DNA from: Bdellovibrionota bacterium
GTDB lineage: Bacteria > Bdellovibrionota_C > UBA2361 > OMII01
Length of the DNA: 64,000 nt
Assembly: GCA_044351885.1 (NCBI GenBank)
Contig: JBILEW010000002.1
Span: 14,033-78,032, forward strand
Reading direction: 5' to 3'
Numbering within the stretch: position 1 is the first letter of the stretch; every line of letters starts with the position of its first letter. Of this stretch, positions 9,733 through 19,686 are shown in pieces. Position numbers and translations under genes: made by a program. The notes beneath the pieces were generated by a model, which was given only the letters and a program-made list of their open reading frames with translations, made no database searches and was not told the DNA's origin.

Positions 9733-11132
9733 GCGTTACCGGATCACCACACGATACACCATTTAACGTACTCATCGTCGACGATGACAACGAGGTGCGA
9801 CGATCGCTACATGCTGTCCTGGACACCGCTGGCTACGTAACAGCAACGGCAGCCTCAGCCGAAGATGCACTGCGCCTGGTGAACACCAATCCGTACGACC
9901 TTATCTTGAGTGACCTCAAACTTCCCGGGCTGTCTGGGCTCGATCTACTCAGAGGCATAGGTCGGCGTATCCCGATAATTCTCATGACAGCATACGGCGA
10001 TGCGAGGATAGCGACCGAGGCCGCACAGCTCGGAGCCTACGACTACATCGCAAAGCCGATCCTCGCCGACGAGCTCATCTTTAAACTGAGCCGCTTTGAG
10101 GAGTTCGAGCGGCTAAAACGCGAAAATTCTACGCTGAAAGAAACGATCTCAGAGCGCTACTCCTTCAACAAGATCATCGCGCGGAGCGATGCGTTCAAAG
10201 CCATATTCGATACCGTCAAACGACTCTCACAGTTCGCGACTACTGTGATGATCACGGGCGAATCCGGCACTGGAAAGGAGCTCCTGGCACGTGCGATACA
10301 CGAGAACTCCCCTCGGAGAGGTAAGCCTTTCGTCGCTATTAACTGCGGGGCGATTCCGGAAAACTTGATGGAATCAGAGCTTTTCGGCCACAAAAAAGGT
10401 GCTTTCACAGACGCCTCTCGAGACAAGAAGGGCCTCTTCGAAGAAGCGAGCGGTGGCACCCTATTTCTCGACGAGATCGGAGAGCTCCCACTTCATCTTC
10501 AGGTAAAATTACTGCGCGCGCTGCAGGAGCAGACGATTCGGCGTGTAGGTGACGAGCACCTCATCCCGATCGACGTTCGAGTCATCTCTGCGACCCTTCG
10601 AAACCTCGAGCAGGATGCTCAGCTCGGTAGATTTCGTGAGGATCTTCTTTATCGGCTCAACGTAGTATCGCTACATCTTCCACCGTTGAGAGAACGCCCT
10701 GAGGACATCCCCATCCTCGTAGAGCATTTTCTCGGCAAGCATGCGAAGCGACTCGGAATCCCTCCGAAGAAGGTCTCACCAGAGATCTTGAAGCTCCTGC
10801 TCGCTCAGACCTGGCGAGGGAACGCGCGCGAGCTCGAGAACTGCATGGAGCGTGCGCTGGTACTATCTCAGACCGACGAGATAGAGCGAGAAGCCCTTCC
10901 CGAATATATTTTGCATGCTCCAAAGCACAACCGAGGCGCGAGCTCAAAGGACGCTGACGACAGCGACAGCAACCTCTCAATCAAGCAGCGCACTCGCGAG
11001 CTGGAGATCGGACTCATCAAGCGAGCTCTCGCCAAGACCAACGGCAACCGCACTCATGCAGCACGCATACTCGAGCTCAGCCATCGAGCGCTTCTGTACA
11101 AGTTGAAAGAGTACGGCCTAGTCCACGACTAG
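9729..11132 (+). CDS. Sigma-54-dependent response regulator (REC + AAA+ + Fis-type HTH; NtrC/PilR class)
   Basis: VLIVDDD...DLILSDLKLPG receiver, GESGTGKELLARAIH Walker A, GAFTDA loop, LFLDEIGEL Walker B, and C-terminal GNRTHAARILELSHRALLYKLKEYG. The start overlaps the pilD stop (ATGA). Confidence 0.9.
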   Translation: MSVTGSPHDTPFNVLIVDDDNEVRRSLHAVLDTAGYVTATAASAEDALRLVNTNPYDLILSDLKLPGLSGLDLLRGIGRRIPIILMTAYGDARIATEAAQLGAYDYIAKPILADELIFKLSRFEEFERLKRENSTLKETISERYSFNKIIARSDAFKAIFDTVKRLSQFATTVMITGESGTGKELLARAIHENSPRRGKPFVAINCGAIPENLMESELFGHKKGAFTDASRDKKGLFEEASGGTLFLDEIGELPLHLQVKLLRALQEQTIRRVGDEHLIPIDVRVISATLRNLEQDAQLGRFREDLLYRLNVVSLHLPPLRERPEDIPILVEHFLGKHAKRLGIPPKKVSPEILKLLLAQTWRGNARELENCMERALVLSQTDEIEREALPEYILHAPKHNRGASSKDADDSDSNLSIKQRTRELEIGLIKRALAKTNGNRTHAARILELSHRALLYKLKEYGLVHD

Positions 11133-11417
11133 AGCGCCCTTCAAACAGAACGCGTGTTGGGTATATAGAACAGCGGGCCACTCTCTCTACCTTTCAGACC
11201 CTTACATCGTAAGTGGTCAGACCTGTGGAAAACCTGTGGATAGCTAACCTCCAGTTACCCCAAATTCCGACTCTACAGCCAAACATTGGTGCCAAAAAAA
11301 GCTGATTTTTTTAACCCCTGGGAGCCAAGTTCTTAGTATGTAAGATATTGAATCGACTGGTTTTTGGGTCTTATTAGAGCATTTGAGAATTCGTCACAGG
11401 TACCCTAATCTAAAAGT

Positions 11418-13097
11418 ATGCTGAGTCGATCAACGGTAGAGAGTCTCATCCCCATTCTGAAGAAGGATGCTCGCCGTGCGCTCAAGATGGTCGTCCCCGG
11501 ATTTCCGAAACCCTACTACTGTTCATTTTTGTTGAAGGATGTCCATTGGTTCAACACCTGGGCCAGTAGCGGATCGACGTGTCGGTCCCAGCATGACCGA
11601 TCGCGAAACGTGTACTGCGACCTGCGCGTCGGGTCGTACGACTACGATCAGATCGTTGAAGGTGGCCTGCGAGAGCACGATGAGGACCTGGAGTCGAACT
11701 CACACTGCTCTGTTCCAATAGATGACAAAGATTACGATGGCTTACGCATCACTCTTTGGAAACTCCTCGAAAGCAAGTTCCGCGAGGCGCTAGCGGATTA
11801 CAACCAGAAAGAAGCGAGCCGACTCTCAACCCCGGACCCCAACAACGGTCTGCGCTCCTTCACCAGAGGTAGACGCGCAATTCATAAAGTTCACTCTCGG
11901 CTGGACCATGTAGACCACGAAAAGTGGAGTAAATTCTGCAAGCGGGCGTCTCTATGGTTGTCGGAGCTCCCGCGCTTGTCGGGTAGCTGGGTCGAGTTCG
12001 ACGTATCCCAAGAGACCCGCATCTTCGTTAACACCGAGGGAAGCACTATCGTTCAAAACTCTCAGGTCTTCTCGCTGATAGCCAATCTCCACAAGCGCAC
12101 ACGCGAAGGATCACGCCTGGAACAGGAGCTCATCATAAACTGTGGCGCAGAAGGTGAACTCCCTGACCTAGCAACCTTCAAAAAACTCGCTCTTCAAAAA
12201 TATCAGCAACTGATGCGGCTCTCGAGAGCTAAGAAAATCCATGCGTTTTCGGGGCCCGTATTGTTGTATCCCGGACCAGCAGGTCTCCTCTTCCACGAAG
12301 CTGTTGGGCATCGCCTGGAAGGTTCGCGGCTACTCTCTGCAGGTGAAGGACAAACCTTTAAGGATCAGGAAGGCAAGCGTATCTTCAATCTCCCGATACG
12401 CGTGCATGACAATCCCCTGATAAAGGAGTTCGATGGGCAGAGATGCATCGGCGCTTATCAGTTCGACGACGAAGGGACGCGCGCCCAGGACGCATTACTT
12501 ATAGACGAAGGAGAGCTCAAAGGCTTCCTGACTACCAGATCCGCCATAAAAAAAGGGCGCTATCACTCGAATGGGCACGCACGCACGAAGCAACATCAAC
12601 GACCGATCAGCCGTATGGCAGTGACGGTCGTTGAAGGAGTCAACGGACAACCACTCGATCGTCTCAAAACAAAATTGATTCAGGAGATAAAGCGTCAGAA
12701 AAAACCTTTCGGCATGATCGTGTACGAGACCAGCGGCGGCGAGACCGATACGACCAACTACGACTTCCAGGCATTCGCAGGTGAGATTTCGTACGCAACG
12801 CTCCTCTATCCGAACGGTCGAGAGGTGTGCGTGCGCGGTGTGAACTTCGTCGGAACACCGCTACAGTCGCTCAACAACATCCTTGCAGTTGGAGACAAAC
12901 AGGAGCTCGACAATGGGTTCTGTGGTGCAGAGTCTGGCCTCATACCTATCAGCACGATTGCTCCAGCGGTCCTAGTGAGTAACCTCGAATTACAAGGCAA
13001 GGACGAAGAGCTCGTCACTCCCCATATTCTCCAGCGGCCAAAGAGTCTGCGTCGAAGGAGAAAGCCGCTCAAGAGCCGTAGGAAGCGCCGCTCATAG
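11418..13097 (+). CDS. tldD: TldD/PmbA-family metallopeptidase with a poly-basic C-terminal tail
   Basis: FHEAVGHRLEG (the HExxxH motif of TldD). Length of about 560 aa. The tail QRPKSLRRRRKPLKSRRKRRS is unusual. Confidence 0.8.
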   Translation: MLSRSTVESLIPILKKDARRALKMVVPGFPKPYYCSFLLKDVHWFNTWASSGSTCRSQHDRSRNVYCDLRVGSYDYDQIVEGGLREHDEDLESNSHCSVPIDDKDYDGLRITLWKLLESKFREALADYNQKEASRLSTPDPNNGLRSFTRGRRAIHKVHSRLDHVDHEKWSKFCKRASLWLSELPRLSGSWVEFDVSQETRIFVNTEGSTIVQNSQVFSLIANLHKRTREGSRLEQELIINCGAEGELPDLATFKKLALQKYQQLMRLSRAKKIHAFSGPVLLYPGPAGLLFHEAVGHRLEGSRLLSAGEGQTFKDQEGKRIFNLPIRVHDNPLIKEFDGQRCIGAYQFDDEGTRAQDALLIDEGELKGFLTTRSAIKKGRYHSNGHARTKQHQRPISRMAVTVVEGVNGQPLDRLKTKLIQEIKRQKKPFGMIVYETSGGETDTTNYDFQAFAGEISYATLLYPNGREVCVRGVNFVGTPLQSLNNILAVGDKQELDNGFCGAESGLIPISTIAPAVLVSNLELQGKDEELVTPHILQRPKSLRRRRKPLKSRRKRRS

Positions 13098-13213
13098 CGA
13101 GTACGTTGAGGCCGGCAATCTCTAGCAGCTCTCCGTTTTGCAAATAAAACGTGATTACTGCGCACCGTCCTGAGTACCCACTTCATCCTATTGGAGAATG
13201 TCGTGGAGTTCCT

Positions 13214-13981
13214 ATGTCGTACAGTAGTGAAAAACCTTTTCTGAAACGCAAAACCATAAGCCTCGCGAGCGACCGCGTGGTCAAGAACACCGATCAATCC
13301 TCGAGTGTCCGCATCATTCGCGCTCGGCAAAGATTGGGAGACTCCTCAGAAGGGATCGCCCAGCGCTCGCTCGACATTGCGAGAGAGGTTACCGTCAAAA
13401 AGAGCGGCTGTAACGTCCTCGTCATTAATGCAAGCCATACCCTGGCACACGAAATAACGGCCCAACTCACCGAGAGCCTACCGGGCTCGTCTATTCTGTT
13501 TGCACCGACCCTCAGCCTTGCTCTATGGATCTTAAAGCGCCGCAGCATCGACCTGATCCTCTCGACCGATCAACTACCCGACGGCTCTGTATCGAAGCTG
13601 CACGAGTTTTTGGAGTTGATGTCACCTCCCCCAGAACTCCTCGTTCTGAGCGACTTGAATTCTACCCGCTCTCAAATGAATTCCCATCCAGGCTACCGCT
13701 TTGTCGAGGTGCGGCGCCTCTCGTATCGAAACGAGGAGCAGCCTCAATCTCCGCAATTGACGCAAACTATCTCTGAGCTAGGGGCAGACCTTAGAAACGA
13801 TCTCAACAATCCACTCCAAGAGATTGTTGCTATGGCCTTCGTAGCGCATGCAAGTGCCGGACTCTCTCCGGTAGCAGAACAAGCGCTGTCGGCTATTCAG
13901 CGCGCCGCCGGAAGCATGGAACATGTTGTGAAAAATCTCGAAAGCAAGATTCGCGGGGCGGTTTCGCGCTCGGCTGCGTAG
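13214..13981 (+). CDS. Hypothetical protein with a degenerate receiver-like domain and a DHp (HisKA)-like helix lacking the His
   Basis: VLVINAS...IDLILSTDQLPDG...LLVLSD follows the REC pattern but lacks the acidic pair and the Lys. ADLRNDLNNPLQEI resembles the H-box SHDLRNPL, with Ala at the His position. The ORF could also start at 13151. Confidence 0.5.
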   Translation: MSYSSEKPFLKRKTISLASDRVVKNTDQSSSVRIIRARQRLGDSSEGIAQRSLDIAREVTVKKSGCNVLVINASHTLAHEITAQLTESLPGSSILFAPTLSLALWILKRRSIDLILSTDQLPDGSVSKLHEFLELMSPPPELLVLSDLNSTRSQMNSHPGYRFVEVRRLSYRNEEQPQSPQLTQTISELGADLRNDLNNPLQEIVAMAFVAHASAGLSPVAEQALSAIQRAAGSMEHVVKNLESKIRGAVSRSAA

Positions 13982-14076
13982 AGCTGAATTCCCTAAGGAG
14001 CCGCTGAATAAATCTCCGTGTTTTACTGGGGATTTGATGGCTGACGCTGACGAATTACGTTGACGTCGGACGACAA

Positions 14077-14100
14077 ACGGTAGACGTCGGCGTCTACCGT
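14077..14100. terminator. 10-bp perfect hairpin between convergent genes
   Basis: acggtagacg-tcgg-cgtctaccgt lies between the stop at 13981 (+) and the stop at 14260 (-). Confidence 0.35.
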
Positions 14101-14259
14101 CCATCGTTTGGCGGTAGCGTGGACGTTATACGAGCTTTAGGGGAGAGCTTGGAAAGCATCTGGACGATTCTAAAGAGGAGCGTGCGGATTTGGATAGTGC
14201 ACCATCGTCTACTAAAAACAAAGAGAAGAATCGAGCGGTGGACGTAGCTCGTTTGACAT

Positions 14260-15303
14260 TTACCTCACAAGGGAGCGCCCGAAGAACTTCTCCCGATTTG
14301 CCGACTTGTCACGCAGCGCCCTTCGAGCACGGTACACCCTTTTCGGAACAACTTCGCTCGGAATCAGATTATTCGCCGCAAGAAAGACCAACAAGCGCTC
14401 AGCTGCGATGCGGTGAGCGATCTCGTTGGGATGATTGTCGGCAACTGGAATGACCTGCAAGCGCTCTGGGGGTATATCTCGATAGAACGGCCGTAAATCG
14501 AGTGCTGTAATCCCATTCCTTTCCAGCGCTTTGTTAATAATTTCGTGAGATTCGCGGAACGGATAGCGATCGCCGATCGGAAAATCGAACAACGGGAAGA
14601 CCATCGCAACAAGTGGAATCGATGCTGCCTGAGCGGCTCTCTTCATCTCTGCCAAAGATTCGTCAAAACGCTTAAACGTGCCGGGATCCTTGAAGTACTT
14701 GGTGTGATACTCGATGTAGCGAGAGACCGTTGTGGTGTTGTGGAGGCGGCTCGCGACAAACCCCAACGAGCGCCACACCTTGAAGATCCGCGCCGAGAGA
14801 TAGGGAGCATCGTATAGTTCAGCTTTCTCTGCCGGAGAGAGGAGCTTCGGTTCGGCATCGTTGAGCGTTATTTCGAGAACAACAAGATCAGAGGAGCTCT
14901 CGAGCGCTTTGTGTACGAGCGCAACTTCAGTGACCGTTGAAGCGCCCGAAACTCCGAGGTTGAGGACCTCTACGGGCGTGGCCCCTTTATTGAGGTTCAA
15001 GAACCGCTCTAATTTCTCGGGAAAGGCATCCTGATACTGCATGTGGGGCGCAAACGTAAAGGAGTCTCCCACGACAGAGATTCTGAACGTTCCCTTCTGC
15101 TTGGGCTCGACTGCGTCACCTTGAAGCGATTGCGCGTTGGATGGAAGAAAGTATCCAACGGGACGATCGCTCCATTTCCTGACCTTCTTTCCAGGCTGCA
15201 AGAATCGAAAGGCTACTTCGACTAGCAACAAGCTCAGAGACAGTCCGATGACAGCGATGATGAAGTTTATCTTCTTGGAGGAGGGCGCAGAGCTAGGTGA
15301 CAT
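14260..15303 (-). CDS. SGNH/GDSL-family hydrolase, N-terminally membrane-anchored
   Basis: N-terminal TM IIAVIGLSLSLLLVEVAF. Block I VVGDSFTF, and block V DNHPNE (DxxH). Confidence 0.75.
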   Translation of the reverse strand: MSPSSAPSSKKINFIIAVIGLSLSLLLVEVAFRFLQPGKKVRKWSDRPVGYFLPSNAQSLQGDAVEPKQKGTFRISVVGDSFTFAPHMQYQDAFPEKLERFLNLNKGATPVEVLNLGVSGASTVTEVALVHKALESSSDLVVLEITLNDAEPKLLSPAEKAELYDAPYLSARIFKVWRSLGFVASRLHNTTTVSRYIEYHTKYFKDPGTFKRFDESLAEMKRAAQAASIPLVAMVFPLFDFPIGDRYPFRESHEIINKALERNGITALDLRPFYRDIPPERLQVIPVADNHPNEIAHRIAAERLLVFLAANNLIPSEVVPKRVYRARRALRDKSANREKFFGRSLVR

Positions 15304-15477
15304 AATGCTAGGATCTTTGAACGAAGAGAGAACTCTACCTCATGTGCTTGTATAATTCCGGTGCTTCAAACGTTTTAGAAGGTATCCCGCTACAGATATC
15401 TCCCACAACTAACGCTCCTTGCTCAGAGGACTCACTTCCCAATTAATTCGCTCTCTGTTCCGAACAGCAACCGGAGT

Positions 15478-16581
15478 TTACGATCCTATTCGCTGCGGGT
15501 CGAGGGATGAGCTACCCAACTGCTCTTCATGCCAATTTTCAAGTACGACACCACGTCCATGCCACATCAGGACCATATCCTCAGTTCGCAGTCGGGCACC
15601 ATTGATCGTCACTTGAGGCTCCAGGCAGAATACACACCCCTCGCTCAGGAGGACACCTTCACTCTCGGGAGTGACGAAAAAAGGGGGCTCATGTAGCTGA
15701 AAGCCTATAAAATGCCCCAGGTCCTCCACCGGAATGCTCGATGGTTCCAAACCAAACCTTCGGGCCGCATGCCTGTAGATATCCGCCAATTCACGCACCG
15801 GCATGTTTACTTCCAGCTGCGCTACGACATCCCGTTGCAACTGGTGGAGTGCACATACGGCAGGGTCGTCCGGCAGCCCGACACGGAACACCTTTGTGAT
15901 GTCGGTGTAAAGACCGTTTGTTACCGTTCCCAGATCGATGCACACGTAATCGCCAACCTCGAGCCTGCGATCTGAAGGGGAAAGGAAGGTCGACTTCTCG
16001 AGTCGAGCCCCAGATGTAATCAGGGGATCAAACCCAAGTCTGTCACTGCACCTCGCAAGCTCCACCTTCAGAAGCTCAGCAAGAGCTTGCTCTGTCATCC
16101 CACTAGGGATGTCATGACAAGCAGAATCAACGATTCTTTTGAGATGGAGATACGCGTCCTGAATCGAATGGATCTCTTCCTGACTTTTGCCGTGAAGAAG
16201 TGCGCATACATCGACAGTAAGGTCGACGATCTGTCCGCGAAACGGAATCATGTGGGCGTACGGCACAGGGCCAACTACGCCGACGTTTCGCCAATTCCTC
16301 CCCTTATCAGCGAAGAATTCGGCATAAAGATTCTCGTCGGATACGGACACAACTGGTACGGAAGTACGAGAGATCAGGTCTGCGACCTTATAACTAACCT
16401 CGGCGAAATATAATTCTGTCGGGGTAACAACAAGATAATTTCCAGCAGATCTACACGTCGCACCCGTCAATGCCCGCGCAGCGAAGGAGGTGTGTCGGTC
16501 GGAATAGGCTAAAACCACGTCCAAACCCCGAGCGCCCATCAACTCCCTAACCCAACACAGTCGCTTCTCGCAGATGTGCAT
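15478..16581 (-). CDS. M24-family metallopeptidase (Xaa-Pro aminopeptidase/creatinase fold)
   Basis: Metal-ligand pattern: DYVCIDLG, LYTDITKVF, GHFIGFQLHEPP, CLEPQ, LRTEDMV. Confidence 0.85.
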   Translation of the reverse strand: MHICEKRLCWVRELMGARGLDVVLAYSDRHTSFAARALTGATCRSAGNYLVVTPTELYFAEVSYKVADLISRTSVPVVSVSDENLYAEFFADKGRNWRNVGVVGPVPYAHMIPFRGQIVDLTVDVCALLHGKSQEEIHSIQDAYLHLKRIVDSACHDIPSGMTEQALAELLKVELARCSDRLGFDPLITSGARLEKSTFLSPSDRRLEVGDYVCIDLGTVTNGLYTDITKVFRVGLPDDPAVCALHQLQRDVVAQLEVNMPVRELADIYRHAARRFGLEPSSIPVEDLGHFIGFQLHEPPFFVTPESEGVLLSEGCVFCLEPQVTINGARLRTEDMVLMWHGRGVVLENWHEEQLGSSSLDPQRIGS

Positions 16582-16589
16582 ACTATCGC

Positions 16590-18164
16590 CTACGGTGCTC
16601 CGTAATACTCATGGCTTGCGAACCTCTCTCGAAGATCACCCCAAGGGGCAGAAGGATTACTTGGAGAGTGCTGCCAAAGGCGTGAGTACGCGTGCAGGGT
16701 AGCCTCTCGCGGGGCAAGTACAAACGATTCGGTCTTCAAAGCATCGATAGCCCTCCGTATTCGCTCGTACGGCATGCCATCGTAAAATATTACCGACCGA
16801 CTGTACCCAAGATTGAAGAGATACCGCAGTTCCGCACATGGGACGATGAGTGGCGCCTGACCTTGCGATATCATCTCGGATGAACGCTCCGACAGCTCCT
16901 GGAGGTCACAAACGTACTCCTTGGTGCCACAATACGGTGGGAAAAATAGCGTCACCTTAGCGTCGCTCAACTCTCGGATATATCCATTCACGTAGACGAT
17001 CTTACCCGATGACGAAGCAGTTCGGAGTCGAACGAGGCAATCTTCCTTCGAGATTAAACCGACATCAGTAATCGCCTTTACGAAAGTGGGCCAATCGGCG
17101 ACACCTGTCGATGGAAGATGGTCGATGGTGTCGTTGAAAAAGGTTCCGAAATCCCACCTGGGCTCGACCCGGTGTGCGAGTTTTGCGTTGAATGCCGCAA
17201 CGAAATGGAGGTAGGAAACGGACTCCATCGACCTATCCAGAAGGCCTACTGTGCCGAACGCATATTGCAGATCTCCCTTCAGATTCTGCATCATTCTAAC
17301 TTCTCGTTCCGCTGCAACCTGCTCATGTCGAGCGATCCAAACTCGCGCGACCTGCTCCTCCGATGGCTCCTCGCCGCGAGCCCGAAGGGCCTCGTTGTAG
17401 CTCTGTTGCTTCTGCACCGTCGCAAGATACTTGCTGGATTCGCGACGCTTCTCTTCGATGCCCTTCTCCAGACACTCCCAGATCGTATTCATCTGTTTAG
17501 CCGAAACGCGGAGGTCTCCATATGCAGCATTGGCAAACTGCTCACGCTCGCGTTTACTGAAAAAGTTTATTCGTCGAGGAGCTTCGTCATCTGGCAAGGT
17601 GACGTAACCGCCAAAAGATATGCCCTGAAAGCTCACACCGTGGTATCGAGACACGAGGAAGCCACTATCGACTTTTTCAGACTGTAGCCTCTCGAGTGCC
17701 TCGACGACTCGGCCCATGTCGCGCAAGCATTTTCCAAGCTCCCTAGGCGCACCGTATTCGTCGATCGCGGAGAACAGGCTTGTGAGGGGCTGTTGTTGTT
17801 CGCTGATGACTACCCGCATTGGCTCTTTGTGCAATTGGCCGAGCCATTCAGGCTTTATACCCAAACGCGCAACCTCATCGTACAAAAGACCTTCAGCAAA
17901 GAACTCGTCAAGCTGAATAAGTCGGTACGCGAGCTCCTCCGGAGACGGCGCGACAAATCCGATTGCTTCCTGTGGGATAGTGTCCGAGCTTAGCCATGGC
18001 TCGCTTGTTTCCTCGCTGGACCGCTGGTGCCGCGCATATTGGCGCCATACATCACAGGATAGCGCGTCAAAACTACTCGCTTGTCCGTCCGAAGAGATCC
18101 TCCAAGCTTGATCGCGGTCCTTCTGACCGCCGAAAGGGACCCCGTGCTGATGTTGTGAAGTCAT
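16590..18164 (-). CDS. Hypothetical protein (524 aa), no recognisable domain
   Basis: Uninterrupted ORF that ends 8 bp upstream of the M24 peptidase start on the same strand. Confidence 0.6.
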   Translation of the reverse strand: MTSQHQHGVPFGGQKDRDQAWRISSDGQASSFDALSCDVWRQYARHQRSSEETSEPWLSSDTIPQEAIGFVAPSPEELAYRLIQLDEFFAEGLLYDEVARLGIKPEWLGQLHKEPMRVVISEQQQPLTSLFSAIDEYGAPRELGKCLRDMGRVVEALERLQSEKVDSGFLVSRYHGVSFQGISFGGYVTLPDDEAPRRINFFSKREREQFANAAYGDLRVSAKQMNTIWECLEKGIEEKRRESSKYLATVQKQQSYNEALRARGEEPSEEQVARVWIARHEQVAAEREVRMMQNLKGDLQYAFGTVGLLDRSMESVSYLHFVAAFNAKLAHRVEPRWDFGTFFNDTIDHLPSTGVADWPTFVKAITDVGLISKEDCLVRLRTASSSGKIVYVNGYIRELSDAKVTLFFPPYCGTKEYVCDLQELSERSSEMISQGQAPLIVPCAELRYLFNLGYSRSVIFYDGMPYERIRRAIDALKTESFVLAPREATLHAYSRLWQHSPSNPSAPWGDLRERFASHEYYGAP

Positions 18165-18708
18165 AATGACCCTCCCTGAAGACAGAGAGAGGTACTCGAT
18201 GGTTCATCGATTCCCAAGAGTTACGCCATTAATGGCGAGTACCGTATTTATTTGAGGGAATAGTGCCTATAATTGGATGAACCTCACGCCTCTCTCTACC
18301 TGGATTAGACAGCCCTCGGCGAATATATCTTCGCTGTAACTTGTTAAAGTTTGCGAGCGTGTCCTCATCCATGCAGCACTTCGAGAGAGACTCGAAGGAA
18401 GCCATGCCCGCGGTCGGGTAAAGAGGCAACTGACCTCGACTGATATCATTAACGAATCAATCGTGGGCTACCGGGATTCCCTAAAACCGTGTCCTCCATA
18501 TCAGGAATGACAGCTTTCAAGGCTGTACCGATCGCCTATGTATTCCACTAAAGCAAACGAGGTTATTCGTCAAGGGTTGCGAATGATTTTATCCGCTCAC
18601 GTTTAGGAAGAAGATGTGTTGGCTCCTTGAGAGCCTCGGATAAAGGATGGCGCTCGCCACTCAGACAGGGCAAAAAGGTAGCGTCTCTGTTTCATAGAGG
18701 AATGCAGC

Positions 18709-19686
18709 ATGAGTTTACAAAATGCGGGCCTACCCGATCTACCCCAGATCCCCAAAGCGTGGATCCTGCCCCTGGTGGGGATAGTCGCGGTCCTATTTTC
18801 CCTCGGGACGAGCTTCTATACAATTCCCGCCGAATCCGAGGGTGTGGTGATCCGATTCGGCCGTTACCTGAAAACAGTTCAGCCAGGGCTACACTTCAAA
18901 TGGCCCGTAGGTATCGATACTGTAGAAGTACTTCCGACTCGCCGGCAGCTGAAAATGGAATTCGGGTTCGGCTCGTCGAACTACACCAACCCCGATCAAG
19001 TCGGAACGGAAAGTGAGCGCGAACGGGTCATGGTCACGGGAGATCTCAATGCGGCGATAGTCGAATGGATCATCCAGTACCGTATTCAGGACCCGAAGAA
19101 GTATCTTTTCGATGTGAGAGAGCCGGCGGCGACGTTGCGAGACCTTTCAGAAGCCGCGATGCGGGAAGTTGTCGGAGACCGGACGGTAGACGAAGTAATC
19201 ACTATCGGCCGCCAGGATATCGAGACAGCAGCGCTCGGGCGACTACGATCTCTAGTGTCTCTCTACGAGATAGGAATTGTAGTAGATCAGGTACAATTGA
19301 AGAACGTCAATCCACCACCACCTGTGCAGGCCTCCTTCAACGAAGTCAACAAAGCCCAGCAGGACAGAGAGAGCCTGATCAATGCGGCAAACGGCGAGTA
19401 CAACCGTGAGGTTCCGAAAGCTCGCGGAGAGGCCGAATCGGCACTTCAAGCAGCGGAAGGATATGCCCTCAAGCGCGTGAACGAGGCGGAGGGAGATGTC
19501 GCGTCATTCAAAGCGATGCTCGAGCAGTACGCAAAAGCGCCGGAAATTACCAAAACCCGTATCTATCTCGAAACTATGGGGGAGGTCATTCCAAAGGCAG
19601 GTCCGAAGATAATTATAGACGAGTCCCTCAAACAATGGCTCTCGCTCCTTGCTCAAGCAACGAAAGTTGGAGGACAAAACCCATGA
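18709..19686 (+). CDS. hflK: FtsH protease modulator HflK (SPFH domain)
   Basis: N-terminal TM followed by an SPFH/band-7 core: VVIRFGRYLKTVQPGLHFKWP...VMVTGDLN...VQLKNVNPP. Confidence 0.9.
   Translation: MSLQNAGLPDLPQIPKAWILPLVGIVAVLFSLGTSFYTIPAESEGVVIRFGRYLKTVQPGLHFKWPVGIDTVEVLPTRRQLKMEFGFGSSNYTNPDQVGTESERERVMVTGDLNAAIVEWIIQYRIQDPKKYLFDVREPAATLRDLSEAAMREVVGDRTVDEVITIGRQDIETAALGRLRSLVSLYEIGIVVDQVQLKNVNPPPPVQASFNEVNKAQQDRESLINAANGEYNREVPKARGEAESALQAAEGYALKRVNEAEGDVASFKAMLEQYAKAPEITKTRIYLETMGEVIPKAGPKIIIDESLKQWLSLLAQATKVGGQNP

Noticed and set aside
11287-11302. TGGTGCC-N7-GC, considered as a sigma-54 -24/-12 promoter upstream of tldD
   Set aside because: The GG-to-GC spacing is 2 nt too long relative to TGGCAC-N5-TTGC, and the -12 element is poor.
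18229-18429. 66-aa minus-strand ORF upstream of the 524-aa hypothetical gene
   Set aside because: It has no RBS, no motif, and overlaps another small ORF in a different frame. There is insufficient evidence to call it a gene.
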